Shown one piece after another: positions 43,301 to 56,475 of a stretch of 64,000 nt of DNA. The notes beneath the pieces are model-generated. The model saw only the letters and a program-made list of their open reading frames with translations. It was not told the origin of the DNA and searched no databases. The DNA comes from Saprolegnia diclina VS20. Lineage: Eukaryota. The position numbers and the translations under genes are program-made. Where the stretch lies: contig NW_008246080.1 of the NCBI RefSeq assembly GCF_000281045.1, forward strand, positions 319,844 to 383,843. The letters run 5' to 3'. The first letter of the stretch is position 1. Each line of letters opens with the position of its first letter.

Positions 43301-46300
43301 GGCGCTTGTTTCATCGTCGTAAAGAGCGACGTGTACGCGTTCTGGTACAACGCGAGCTTCTTGTGGGCGGCCGCAGTCACCGAAAATGCTTTCTTGACGT
43401 CGCGGCTATGGTCGTCGACCGCCCGGTCGAGACGCTGGAGGAGTGCCGTCTCGGTGGGCAGAGCAGCCTGCAACGCGATGAATGCCGGTAGCTTTTCACT
43501 GGCCTTGTCGAGCATGCGCACTTGCTGCAGCTTAAAGTAGATGCGCAGCATAGCATCGAGAACGTCGCGATCGACGCCTTGTAGCTCCTACATGTATGCC
43601 AGACGTTGTTGGCAAAACACAATGATTTTGGTCAGTACAGCACCTCGGCGGCGGACCCATAGCACGGGGCGCCGGGAAGCGGCAAGAGCGTTGCGTTGTT
43701 ACGCTCCACTTGGAGCAGCTGCGCTTCGGCGGCGCGGGCGAGGCCGGCAAGCTTCTCGACTTGATCGGCGATCGCGTCCAAGGGTGGTCGCTTTCCAAGA
43801 AGTGGCCCGACCAAGTCGACCCGCAAGTTGTGCTCAGTGGTTCGTGCGAGATCTTTTCCATAGTAAAACGAAGTGTGGAACGCCGGCATGATGGCATGCA
43901 CCGGACTCACGTCGACGCAAAGCTCTGGCATTTCAAAACACTCGAGTTTGCAGCTGTCGGGCACAATCTCGCGGTCGCGCAAGAGCTGGTGGTGCATGGC
44001 GAGGTACTTTTCCTGGAGCAAGCCCGGTGCGTTGGCCTCGGCCGCCTCGACCACCGGGCGTTGTAGTAGCTTGTTGGCAAGGATGTAGAGAAACGAGCGG
44101 CGCCGGATCTCGGCCGGGGGTGGGTCCCATTTCGTCGACGGTAAGGGGCGCGTCAAATCCACCGTGTGCCACGTCCCGACGTCGGCGTCGCCGAGGGCCC
44201 GGTCCCCCCGGTGGTGTTCAATGCCAATGCGCAGCAGGAGGTGCCAGAGCACCCGTGTATCGATTCTGGACGTATCACACGCGGTTTGCGACGGCGAGTG
44301 AAAGCCGTAGCCGGTCGCGCGAAGGTAATGGCGAACGTCCGGGTCCGACACCAACGAGAGCGCACTGTCTCCGACGAGGTTGCGCGCAAACGGCGACGCC
44401 CCCGCTTGCACGAGGAGCCGCAGCACCTGCCGGTGCGTCGTCCACTCTTGGTGCTTTGGCTGGGCCTACACCACGACTCGTGTGCGACTGTACTTCAAGA
44501 TGCGTATGGTTCTACCTGTGCTGCAATATGCAGCGCATTGTTGCCGAGTACGGGCTCGCGCGCGGACGCCAAGCGCGGGTCTTCGAGCAGCTGCGACTCG
44601 ACTTCGCTCAGTTGCCCGTCACGAACAAGTACATGGAACGCGTGGAGCTCCGAGAGTACGACGTCCGCGGGGGTGTCACCATAGCTGTCGTGTGCATCCG
44701 AGACAAACATGAACGGCAGCGCCGACTCGAGCAGCGCGTCAATCGCAACCGGGTCAGCCGTAAGACTTTGATCGTCGGCGGCGGTCCCCGCGAGATGCCG
44801 GCGCCACGCTGTAAAGGTCGCCTGCAGTAGCACGCGCCCGTGCAGTCGCGTCGCTTCGGTCCATAGCTTGACGAGTGCCTTTCGTCGGTACACGCGGCTC
44901 GCCCAACGGTGGAAGAGGTGGCTTTTGGCGTCCTGGGACGTGATCTGTGCCCAGTGGTAGAGTGCATTGAGGACTCGCGGGTACATGCTTGGCTGCAGCA
45001 AGCGCGTGCGTCGGTCCAGCGACAAGATGCTGCGGCGCGACTGTGTTTCTTTCCAGCCTTCCCACGCCTTGTGCATGCGAGTGTCGCGCGTGCGGAGTTG
45101 CATCTTGCGCTTTGGCACGCGGCAGTCGCTGCGCATCGCTGTGTACGTCTGCCACGCAAACAGCGCCTTCTTGAGCGACCCGCGCGTCTCAAGGTTGAGG
45201 AGCGTGAGCGCGTGCCACTTTGCAAACACGAGTCCGAGGTGCCGACGACTGCAGTATGCGCGGGCGCGTCGGTTCTCTGCTTTTTTGGCTTTCGACAGGT
45301 AGCAGTACGCGCGGAGGAGGCGGAAGAAGCGCGTCATCCACATGATCGGACCCCGCGCATGGGCTGCGAGCTTGCGCAGCTGCCGTGCCTTGTACTCGAT
45401 GACCCAGAGGTCCCATTGCGCCAATGGCGTTGGAAACCGAGGTACGTCCATGCACGCGCGCTTGTGCTTTTGAAAGAGCGTATACCGGGCCCACATTTCA
45501 AAGACGACTTGGACGCGCTCGCCGAGCCACTTTGGTCGACGAAGAAACGCAACCCGCATCGCGCGACGAAGACAGAGCTGCGCGTTCACGCTGGTGCGCT
45601 TGTGGTCTTCGTGGTAAGCTCGCCATTTTAGAAAGAGCGTGTGCACATACTGCTTGGCGACCGCGTCCCGCGCCGTGCGCATCTCGGCTCGGATCGACGC
45701 GATGCGACTGACGGTCACCGCGTCTTTCGACTTGTCTTGGACTGCCGCAAACGCCTTGTTGACAAACATGTAGCTGTAATCGGGCGCCTTGCGGTAGTCA
45801 TTCGTTGTCGTCGAGAGGTCGTCGGTCGTCGTCAAGAACAGATTCTTGACCAGATTCGAGACTGATGCGACTTTGGTCGAGCTTTGCTGGAGCAGCTTGA
45901 GCTCAATCATGCGCAGCTACACGAAATATCGTCGTTGTGAGGGACGTTTTGTCCAAAACTCAAATTTTCAAAACTCAAAAATCAAAATGGAAGAATCAAA
46001 AAGGTGAAAATGACCTTGAGCGTGCACTCGACTTCGTCGGCCCACTCGCGAAAGACACGCCGACATGCATTTCGCCGGGCAAATCCCTCGACGTGGCGCA
46101 AATGCAACCACGCCGCGAGAGCGATTCGCAGCTTTTGTCGCCGTCGGTGACGCCACGCGAGAAACTTGCGTCGACACCGGGACATGCGGTACGTGGCCTG
46201 GAGGACCCGTGCACTGGCATGGCCGCGTCTCTAGGCGCGTACTCCAGCTCCATTTTCAAAGAAAACTCGCGTACTGCAAAGCGGTGGCGCTCGAGGAACC

Positions 46301-47144
46301 GGTCGCGCTCGCAACTGTCGTCGTCGGGCACGTGAATCGCGCCGACGCTTTCGTAGAGGTCGACGAGCTGTTTCGAAAAGACGCGGTGCACCTCGACGGG
46401 TGGCGCCGGTGTCGCCAGCTCGGACGCCAGCGACGTCGGCAATGCGGTGCCCGGGCTAAAGTTGAAGGCGCCGGCACTCGGGAGCGAAAAGTTGACTGTC
46501 GATGCGCTCGAATAGACATGCTCGCCGCGGTACGCGCGCTCCAACGCAGTGACGTGGCGCTCTAGTGCGGTCGCCGTGCGCGCCAGCTCGAGCAGCTGAT
46601 TGTCGGACACCATGTCGCTTTGGTCAAGGTTTGGGGTTGAGCCTCGACCCTCGGACGTGTCGCGGTGCTCGTTCTTGCCACGGCCTTCGCCGTCATAATC
46701 GTCGTCGTTGGCGCCGTCGTTGGTGTCATCGTTGGCGTCATCGTTGACGCGTCCGTTCAGTCGAGCCACGAGTTGCTGGAGCTCCATGGATTTGGTTTGT
46801 GAGATCGCTTCGCGAAGGGACTCGACTTTGGCCTGCTCGGACGCGACCGTGCGCTCAATCACGGGCGTGGGGTACCACCCCATGATCCGCCGGACCTGGG
46901 CTGACGTCCGTCTTTTTCGCTGGCGCGTCTGACGACAGCGCGCGGCCGACGTATCGGGGATCTGGAGTGCGTTTACTGTCATGGCAGCGATCGAGTCGAC
47001 GTCCGAAACGACACTGTGGCGCGCCGATGACAGCGGTGCGTCATCGTCGACTTCCTCGATCGAGTCGCCGCTCTCGTCGTCCGAGGCGCGGTCGTCGTCA
47101 TCGTCGGGACTGAGCTCGCCAAAGGCACGGCTACTCGTCGCCAT
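40339..47144 (-). CDS. Large multi-exon protein: IQ motif, Sfi1-like Trp repeats, ankyrin repeats, coiled coil, low-complexity region, C-terminal RGS-like domain
   Basis: Exons joined by GT-AG introns (46274-46231, 46014-45917, ~44515-44466, and near 43630-43580). IQ-like ARVLQATYRMSRCRRKF. Repeated F/W..W motifs (FREW, FLKW, FEMW, FAKW, FAW, FHRW, FTAW). Ankyrin GNNALHIAA...LRLLVQAGASPFARNLVGDSAL. RGS-like EICFWQAVEGFK...EIAHEFLTPQSPQAL...FNELQQAVERRL. Confidence 0.7.
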
Positions 47145-47806
47145 GGCGGTTGTTTGAAACCGACACGACGACCAAGTACACGCATCGTCCGTCGATCGGC
47201 AAGTGGAGATAGCTACGGAGATCCCACAAAGTTGACCCGCTGCGTAATCGACCGACCAACAAATCAGTGCGTCACCTCGTCCATCTGTCGCCCATGATCC
47301 AGCCAGCGATGCTTGCCGTTTGCCCAAACATGTAAAGACGTCCATAGCCAATGATATAGGTACATACTGTATGTAGCCAGTCCTCGTAAGCTAAAGGTCC
47401 CGGTAGAGATGAGTAGTCGATGCCAATGCAGCCATTCACTTCTAACGGTAGCGCAGCACACTCGTGGATAGCACACAGAGTCAAAGCCTGTTTCGTCGTC
47501 TCTGCTACCCCGTACATGTGTGCGAGGTCCATGCCAGATGACCGTTGTGCACCGTTTAGAATGCAATCTTGTAGAAATCAAACCAGTGGATCGACTAAAC
47601 TTGTATGAATTATTGTAGGAGTAGAGTGGGAGGATGCCGCAAGCACGGCACAGGCCTCTTCCGTTTACAATCGCTTCGTACGTTGTCGTTTCTAATCGTT
47701 TTGCCGTGCTCGTTTTGGTGGTATTCCAGGGTCGGAATTGGCTACAAAGATGAACAAATCTGGTGGTAAGGCGCGTCATTTCGGACTTGACACTACCGTA
47801 GTAACG

Positions 47807-49197
47807 ATGACCGAACCACCGACACCCATCGAGAGTCGCCGCGAGCGCAAGCGACTGCGGGATCCGCGCGCCAAGCAAGCCGCCCGGCAACGCATGCTGG
47901 ACGAGACAAGTGCGCTTCAAACGTCGATTGCGAGTCTCACTCGGACGCTTCTTGCGAAAAAGGAGGCGGCGCCCAAACACCGTCTCCTACCGTGGCAAGA
48001 GGTGGCCACCACGCTTCGCACCGCGACCGCTAAGAGCTACGAACGCACGCACGATCTCCAGCGTCGCGTGGCCCAGCATCACCAATTGGCGCAAGCCTTG
48101 TACGGGTGGGTTGCGTCGTTGCACCGCGCACCCGTACGGCTGGCAGCACAGATCGAAAACTGCTAAGTCTTTTCTGTACTAGGGACGGTCGCCGGCGCTT
48201 GCGGCGTGGCGCGACGTTCGGTTGCCATGGAACCCCAACGTGCGTCGCGCGGGGTATCTCTGGCTCGCCGAGTACATGCTGGCAGCGACCGACGACCAAG
48301 TCGCGGACACTCTGTTCCCGGCGCCGCCCGACGAAGTCGTGTCGGCCGAGTGGAGTCCGATCGGGGGCCGCGTTGTATCGCAGTTTGTGCTGGACGGGTC
48401 GCTTGCTGAGGTGGCAACGGCGGCGTGGTCCTTTAGCCAGGCGCTGCCCACGATTTTGCATGCCACCCACGGCTGCGTGCACGTACGCACTATGCCTTTT
48501 GTAACTGTTGGACATTATTGTCCTTGGTTTTGAGTAGAATGTGTTTCATATTCAAGAAGCGAAGCGCGAAATGTGCTACAACCACGAAGCGTTCCCGGCC
48601 GTCAAGAGGAACCACACGTGGTAAGGTCATTTGACTAGCATCGACGAGCCAGACGACGCCCCTACTGTTTGCACTTGGAGATGACGCGAGTATAGACCCG
48701 ACGGTCTGTATACGTGCTTTCTCGAGTCGGACCGCGTTGTGATGCACTATCGGACCGTGCGTGACGATGCTCTCTACCCCTGGGGAACAATGACGACCTT
48801 TGCGTATGACGTTCAAGAATGGTCTCAGCTGCTTCTGCATGATCGATTGAGTCAAGCCTACTGTTGTAGGAATGTTCTTCGCGCCATCTCACCCACGCAG
48901 TGCGTGCTTCGCGCTGTCGACGTCTACCAACCCTACGCCTCGTACGATTCGATGGAGAGTTATGCGCGGGCAGTGCGTCCTGACATTCTCGCCGCCGTCC
49001 ACGGCGCCGACGACGTCGAGACAGCGCTTACACGTTGCTTTGAGCAAAATGCGAGCCGCCGCATGGCCAGTATGAAGCCTCGTCTCCAAAAGATGCTGCA
49101 GCGCGTCCAAGCCGATCGTGCAAGCTTTCCCAGTCCGTGCACTTTGATCCCAACCACATCACCACAACCAATGCGAGACAGTTGGTCAGAAATATGA
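47807..49197 (+). CDS. Atypical bZIP family protein, copy 6 (possibly disrupted)
   Basis: RDPRAKQAAR-x9-L-x6-L; LLPWQEVATTL; LYGWV; AGYLWLAEYML; MHYRTVRDD; VQEW|intron. Carries ~90 extra bp in exon 3 with an in-frame TAA. Confidence 0.6.
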
Positions 49198-49346
49198 AAC
49201 CGCCGTAACCGTCAAGTACAAAATCGTCCTAATTGCCGATGCCATGTGGTCGAGCGACGCCTTCTACTTGATCGCGTTGAGTGGTGGGCGCCGGTGTCTC
49301 GTCGTATCCGCAAGGAAAATGGATTTTGAACGGAAACGTGTTAATA

Positions 49347-50556
49347 TCAATAGGGTGTCGGGTACGACTCGGGCGACTCTTGAACGTTGCGCAGCATCTT
49401 GCGGACGCGTCCGTGCATGTCTCGGATGATGCGGCACGATTTGCTCGCGACGAGGCGCTCCAACTCGCTCTCTTGTGCACCTTCGGCCATCGCGAGCACG
49501 TCCGGGTGCTCGTCTCGGACAAAGTCTTCAAAGTGCTCGTAGCTTTTGAAGGGTTGACACACGGTCGACGATTGGACGACGCACTTGGTCGGTGACACGG
49601 CTCGAATGACATTCCTAGCATATATAATGCATCCTCTCTCGTAATCGACAGAGTGCAATGTACCATTCTTGAATGTCGATCTTGAAGCCCTTGTCGCCGA
49701 CCGGGTGCGCTTCGTCGTAGCGGATGGTGCGGTAGTGCATCACGAGGCAGTCGTCTTGAACGTAGCACGTGTAAAAGCCATTGTTGGTCACCCACGGATA
49801 CGCTTCGCGGTTGTAGCATATTTCGGCCCCCCGCGCCTTGTGGTGGTAAATGTTCTACTCGAGATCGTAACTCGTTCGACAAAGTGAAATCCTACCGAGA
49901 CGCAGCCGCGCTTGCCGTTGAGGATCGTTGGTAGCGCTTGGCTGAAGGCCCACGCAGCGATCGCGACTTCCATCATGGTGCCATCGAGGAATTGCTGCGA
50001 GTGGACGCGGCCACCCTCGACGCTGTACTTTGCGGCAACCCAGTCTTCTTGGTCGGCGGGGAAATCACTGTCGACGATATGCAACGGCGTCGCGTGGAGC
50101 ATCTGCTGCCCGATCCAGTGGTAGCCCACGGTGCGGAGCTCGACATTGGTCGAGAGATGGACATCGCGCCACGCAAACACCGACTGCGCCGGTTGCTACA
50201 AACACAGCTATGGGTTGTTTGCCGTCGAGTCGCGAATGTACCTTGGCCGGGGTCATGGAGGCGACCCATGCGTGCAAGTGGCGGGCGAGGCGGGATTGGT
50301 GCGCGAGGTGGCGGCGCAATGCCTCCTTCTCGGCAAGACCCTCTTCGGTCGCGGCGGCAAGCGACACGGCAATGTCTTTCCACGTGAGGAGGCAGTCGCT
50401 GGACGCGCGCAGCGTCCGAAGCTTGCGCCCAAGCACCTCGATCTTCTCTTGCAGTGTGCTGCATTCGGTGAGGTACCGAAGGCGCGCGGCGCGCTTCGCC
50501 TTGCGGTACCGAAGCCGCTTTCCGAGCTGTTGCGGTGTCAGCTCCTCGGGCTCCAT
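49347..50556 (-). CDS. Atypical (Tyr-type) bZIP family protein, copy 7
   Basis: RYRKAKRAAR-LRYLTECST-L-QEKIEV-L-GRKLRT-L; LLTWKDIAVSL; LHAWV; VGYHWIGQQML; MHYRTIRYDE; IQEW|intron. Confidence 0.75.
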
Positions 50557-53127
50557 GATGGGTTTTGCGAAGTGTGGTATTTGGGGTGGTCGAGGCGATG
50601 ATTCCGGGCCAAGACATATGGCCATACGAAAAGCGCGCAGGTGCAAAGCGCGTGCATGATCAACGATGAGTGACGTCCATCCAAGACACTGTCATGGCAA
50701 CTGCGATACAACGCCTTGCTCGTACGAGAAACACCCCAAGAAGGTATTACGTCCAACGCCTCGTACAAGTCCATACTCTGCACGTGGACTGCGTCCGTGG
50801 CATTGCAGTTCCATCGATCTTCGTCATCCGTGGCACTGTGCCACCAGCAGCTCGACCAGCAGTCGCGTAACCTTTCGATTTCACCGACGTTGACCATGCG
50901 AGTCTACTCTTACTCGTTGAAGGTCCTGCGTGAGTTAGCGTCTCCACCCACATTTCTCAGTGCGTACAAGTGCCAAATCTACCGTCGTACCGCAGTGCCA
51001 ATTTGGCAGGCGCGTTCGCTCAAACCCCCTGTTTCCGATCGGCCCGCGAAAGAAACCACCCACGTTCGCATATGCAAATCAATGGCTGTGGATGCCAAGC
51101 ACCCACGCCCGTGTCAGTCTGCCAGTGTCGTCGATAGCGCAAACAAGCAATCAAACTGAATTCCAATTACGTCCGACGCAAGCAGTCTTGTGGTGGCGCG
51201 TCGCGCCACTACGTACTAGTATGCGGAGATCGCATGTGTCTCTGTCAGCGTCTCGATGCAACTTGCCAGACACGAGCTCCGTGTAGTGATAGCTAGAGGC
51301 GGGGGCGAGACACGAATCGTTCAGTGAAAGCTGGCCCACCTGGAGGACACTCTGGAGGACAGAGGTCTCAGCGCCAGGATGAGTTTTTATAGCGTTCTAG
51401 AACCTCTAGAACTCGAATGGTCGAGGCACGTGAGACGGCATTGGTGCAGGTGAATCGATCGCCCATTGCGCTGCGAACGCTTGAGTTGCGGCGACTAGAG
51501 TGAACCTCCTAGTAACGGTATACTACATCTTGGGTGTTGAGAGCATGAATGATCACGCTTGCAAATTTCGAGGCGTGGGAGCGATGGCATCCACATTCTA
51601 ACGTTAACGTTAGGACAAGGATAGCATCAGTAGCGCGGGGTATCCAGCAGATACAACTACGAATGCCCATCCGATCGATATGAAGATAGATTAGGATATG
51701 GAAGGAAGATAGCACGCGTCCTTTTCGAAACGTTCGAAATTTGAGCCTCTCATCGATCCTGCCACCTCGACATGACGTTTTTGCAAGCTCGTCGTCAAGG
51801 AAGAAGAAAGGAGCTCTATCGAGTGCCTCTCTCGATCCTCGCAGCGGCTGTAAAGTAATCGCAGCGGCTCGTGCTCTATTCATGGGGCTGAACGCTGGGG
51901 CTGAGAGAAATTGTGGCCAATGCAAGCCACCCATTATGCCAACGTCAGGTGGATAGATGTGCCGTCCGATGCAAGTGAGAGATGCGTTGTAAGCATACTC
52001 AAAGAGCTCGACATGATCACCACGCAAAGAAGCGATGGCGCGACGCGGCGGACGCAATCCCAGGTATCGTCCCATGCGGTCGAGACGCCGGGGGGCAACC
52101 ACATGGCGAAATAAACATCGCGTCAGCAATGCCTGTATACGACAACATCGCGCGCCAGACGATGACGTGGCGTGTTGTGCGACAGCTGCGTCAGGCATCC
52201 AGACACAAAAGCAACTGGAAGGTTCGAACAAGGCAGCGTTGACCGAGTGTTCGAATAGCGATACTCATTCGAATTGCACTGCAAGGATCTTGTCGACTGC
52301 GGTATTTGCGTCGCCTAGCGCACAGGAGATGCAGCAAGGCACTTGGCGACTTGGAGACAGCGAAGCCATTATCGTAGACAACTAGGTGTAGCATGGGACA
52401 CACGGTCGGACATTTATTGTCCGACCTTGTGCTGCGATGATGCAATGACGCGGCTTCCTGCTGGTCAGTGTGGGATTCCGCCTTGTTCTTGATTGCTCTC
52501 CTAGGAGCCAGACCGACAGACGTCGCATTGAAGTCGCATCTCTCAACCTCCTCACACAATCACCGTGGGCATGAAAGCGGATCACTAAAATGCCGGAAGT
52601 TTAACATCTCTGTGATCCGCTCGACAATTTGCGTTCGAATTCTTGCAAGTTGGATGATGGTTTTTGGCGAGCTCTGCCTGAGACTGTCCTAGCAATGGGG
52701 TCCTCTTCGATGCACCTGGAACGCCCCCCCGCCTCGAAGATGTGCATTGCACTGCGGGGGGGTGGAGCAGAGGGCAAATACATCAGGCAAATAGAGCATT
52801 CTGCGCCCATTCTTATCTATCATCGCGTCAACGCCACGCTTGGCATAGTTTTGGCTGTGTGATCTCGGAAAATGGCCTCCTTCGTCGGTCTAGTTCTCCA
52901 AACACGACGACAGTCTAGTCTCTCGTCTCAACATGGAGACCACGGAGTGGGAACGTGCCAAAGGAAGAAGCTTCGTCGAACCAGAACGCGCTTGCGAGGC
53001 CCTTCTATACCCACGTGGAAGTACCTTCCGCAAGCCCACTTTTGATCGTGTCTCCCATTTCTATATGTATGGTATTGTTTTAACACTAGAACGCGATCAA
53101 CCTGTCTATGGAGCACGCTGTCAGAGT

Positions 53128-54329
53128 CTACGGGTTTGCACACGGTCGTTGCAATCGACATCGCTGAGCGTGCGCCTCGCACACGAGCTTCTGGATGTGC
53201 AGGAATCGCTCCTGTGCCGCACTGGTCGCTTTGGCAGCCAAGCGCTGCTGGAGCTCAGCGTCGAGATTTTGGCCCCGCCGCATTGTCGCTAGTACGTCGG
53301 GGTGCTCGAGGCTTGCTACAGCAAGCATTGACGCGTGGCGTGTCACGGAGCGGCGCAGCCGCACACTTTGAACGACGACGTGGGTCAGCGAAAGCGACGT
53401 CAACACGATCCTAATTATCGTCCATTCAAACCACCGCGCAAGACGAGCCGAGCCTACCATTCTTGAATGTACGGGGTCGTACTCCCTACGTCCTTGTCAT
53501 CGCTGTCGTGAAGTGTACAGTGCAGCAAGGTGATCGTGTCGGCATCGACAAAACACGCGTGGACATCGCGCTGAGCCTGCTGGATCGAGTACGTCGCTTC
53601 GGTCGTCGCCGTCTTGTGGGTGGCCACAACCTACGTTTGCGAGCCATTTTCATCCGCCAGCCTTCGGTCGAGTGTCTGTACCGTGCGCGGACCAAACGAT
53701 AGAAGTGCTGTCCACGTTGCCGCGAGAACGTCGTCGAGGGACCCAAGGATAATATGCTGGGCGGCCACGAGACTGCCACGGACGTCCTGCGCCGCGTGCA
53801 CATGATTCCGCACCGGCGACGGGAAGCCGGCATCAGAGACCATAAAGGCCGTCGCGCGCCGCATGCGCTCGGCAAGCCACGTCAGCGCCATTGTCTGGAC
53901 CGTGCGGGGCGCCGCTGGCAACCGTACCCGCGGCCACGTGACCAGCGTCGATGTGCCAATGACCACCTAGAGCATGTCAGTCTGACATCGGCGCGTGATT
54001 ATTCCGGGCCAATTTCGTACTGTTTGCGGTCGAGATTGGGCCGTCACCCATGCATGCAAGAGCTCGACGCAGTGTCTGTGGTCTGCCACGTGGGCGGACA
54101 ATGTCCGATTCGTCGCGAGGCTGTCGCGCGTTGCGTCAGCGAGCACCTTTGCGATTTCTTCCCACGGCAGGAGGCAGCTCCGAGGCCGGTGACCCGACCG
54201 AAGTCCACGCAGCGTGCGCGTCAAGGCCGCTGCAGCGTCTGTCAGCGCGTTGTACTCGGCCAAGAAGCGGACGCGGGCCGCTCGTTTCGCTCGGCGGTCG
54301 CGGAGTCGCTTGCGCGAGGAGACGTCCAT
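53128..54329 (-). CDS. Atypical (Asp-type) bZIP family protein, copy 8
   Basis: RDRRAKRAAR-x9-L-x6-L-x6-L; LLPWEEIAKVL; LHAWV; ALTWLAERM; IQEW|intron; final exon ends at 53128. Confidence 0.7.
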
Positions 54330-55220
54330 CGCCTTGACGAAGCGATAACGCGATGGCTGTGTATGTGCTATGGGTCCTAGCATAAGTGGCACTGCGTACG
54401 CATATCGCACGGACGGAGCAAACGGCGTTGACGGAGGCTTAAAGCATGAATCATCCAATATTGACGACGCACCTCGATTGGTTCATACAAACAGAAAAGT
54501 ATTTTGTAGAATATATGCATTTGTATCACTGAGCAAGATTGAAAGGCGCGGGAGCAGCACGTGGTGCTGCGTATACAAACTGCCAAAGAAGACAAATGCA
54601 GGCAGGTGCCGCACCTCGTGTTATCATGGGTAAGGCCCAATGTCCCAGGCTGTGGACCAACTTGTCCAAGGCGATGGCACAAGGATTAGGCCACGACGTT
54701 GCGCGGCGCTAATCAATATTAGTGGATCGCGGTAGACACCTGCGTAGACAAGCCAGAGCTGTTTACTAACTCGGGCATGTCTTTGGCTACCATCTTCTGG
54801 GATTCCGTTTGGTCTACTTCTGAGTCAGATTTGAGCGGGTGCAATTGTAGTGCTTGTGAGTTGACGGGTCGAATTGCAACTACAAAAGTCGGTCGAGCTT
54901 TAGCTTGCATCACAGGACAAGGTCGAGTTTTTCGTCGACTCGTATCATTCGCACTTGCACAACTGCAGTCGATAGGAAGCAAAGAGAACTCCTATCAGAA
55001 ACGGATCCTGCGTATGGCCTTGACAACAAGGAACCTTCAAAAAGTTGCATGCAAGGCTACAAGTCGTACGCACCACCTATGGTGCATAAAAATATTCACC
55101 CTTGGCACCTCCCACGGGGCATGAAAACCTGCTCGTGGGTATTGCATTGTATCGAGTTGCATCGCCTACTTTCTATCAATGGGACAACACGAACTGCGTC
55201 GAAATGTTCAAAATTTCGAC

Positions 55221-56475
55221 TTAGTACGGCCGAGGATACGCGTCCGGGTTGGCTTGCACGTGGCGCAGTAGCTTGCGGAACATACCACCCATGCCCTCTA
55301 GCATCGCGCACGTATCGGCAACGAACCGGTTCGCGATCGCATCTTCCAACTCGGTCCCTTCTTTCGGCGCCAACGTCTCGACCAAACCCGGTGTGATTTC
55401 GTGGGCGTACGAGACCATCGAGGCGTGGTGGTTGTACGGCTGGTACACATGCGCAGATCGAATGAGGCATTTCGTCATGGACACGCGTCGAATCACATTC
55501 CTAAAGGTATAGTATTGCGTGAGGACAAAAATACATTGGCTTTTGTGGACGCACCATTCCTGAACGTCCTCCAACATGGCGGCGGATGCGGTAATGGGGG
55601 ACGCGTCATCGTAGCGAATGGTCCGATAGTGCGTCACGGCGCGGTCGGGCTCGAGAAAGCACGTGTACAAGCCGTTCGAGACGCGGCTTGGAAACTCTTC
55701 GCGGTTGTAGCTAAGGCGCCCGTGGGACGTCGCCGCGTGGTGGAGCGTCTACGCGATTGCTGAGGCTGCCACGTCATGCTTTTGAAACCGTCTACCGAAA
55801 TGCCTCCGCGCGATTCGTGCATGATCGTCGGGAGCGCTTGGCTAAACGCCCACCCGGCTGTCGCCGCCTCGAGGAGCGTGGCCTCCACGACCAGCTGCAC
55901 GTAGACAGTGCCGCCGTCGGGGCTCCACACACCATGCACAGCGTCCTCGACGTCGCTTGGGAAGAGAGCGTCCGGCACTTGGTGCGGCGTCGCGTGGAGC
56001 ATTTGCTTGGCGATCCAATCGAGCGCCACTGACCGCAGCGCCGCGTCGGACGACAAGTGCACATCTTTCCATGCAAACGCAGGCGACGTCGGCGGCTAAC
56101 GTGTACATCAGTGTCAACGGTCCATGGTAGCGCCATCACAACCTTGGGAACGACAGCCAACGATGTAAGCCAGGTTTGGAGGCTCTGCGAGAGACGGCTT
56201 AGCTGCGTCACGCGATATCGAAGATCGTGCTGGGTTGCAACGCTCTTGTCCTTGGCCTTGGCAAGCGACGATGCCACCTCGCGCCAGCTCAAAAGGTACG
56301 CGGAGGACGGGCGGGCTGCCTCCCGCGCCGCCAGCGACGCCGAGAGGCTCGCAATTGACGACTGCAGCGCGTGGTACTCGTCGAGGAAGCGCTGGCGCGC
56401 GGCCTGCTTGGCGCGGCGGTCGCGGATCCGCTTGCGGGCGAGGCGTGTGGCATCGCCGCTCTCCATAGCGTCCAT
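55221..56475 (-). CDS. Atypical (Asp-type) bZIP family protein, copy 9
   Basis: RDRRAKQAAR-x9-L-x6-L; LLSWREVASSL; LQTWL; ALDWIAKQML; THYRTIRYDD; VQEW|intron; ends PDAYPRPY (copy 7 ends PESYPTPY). Confidence 0.8.

Noticed and set aside
50650..53100. ORFs in the long spacer between bZIP copies 7 and 8 (e.g. 51509-52231, 240 aa)
   Set aside because: Lower GC, no coding-like composition and no motif I can recognise; possibly decayed repeats but unsupported.
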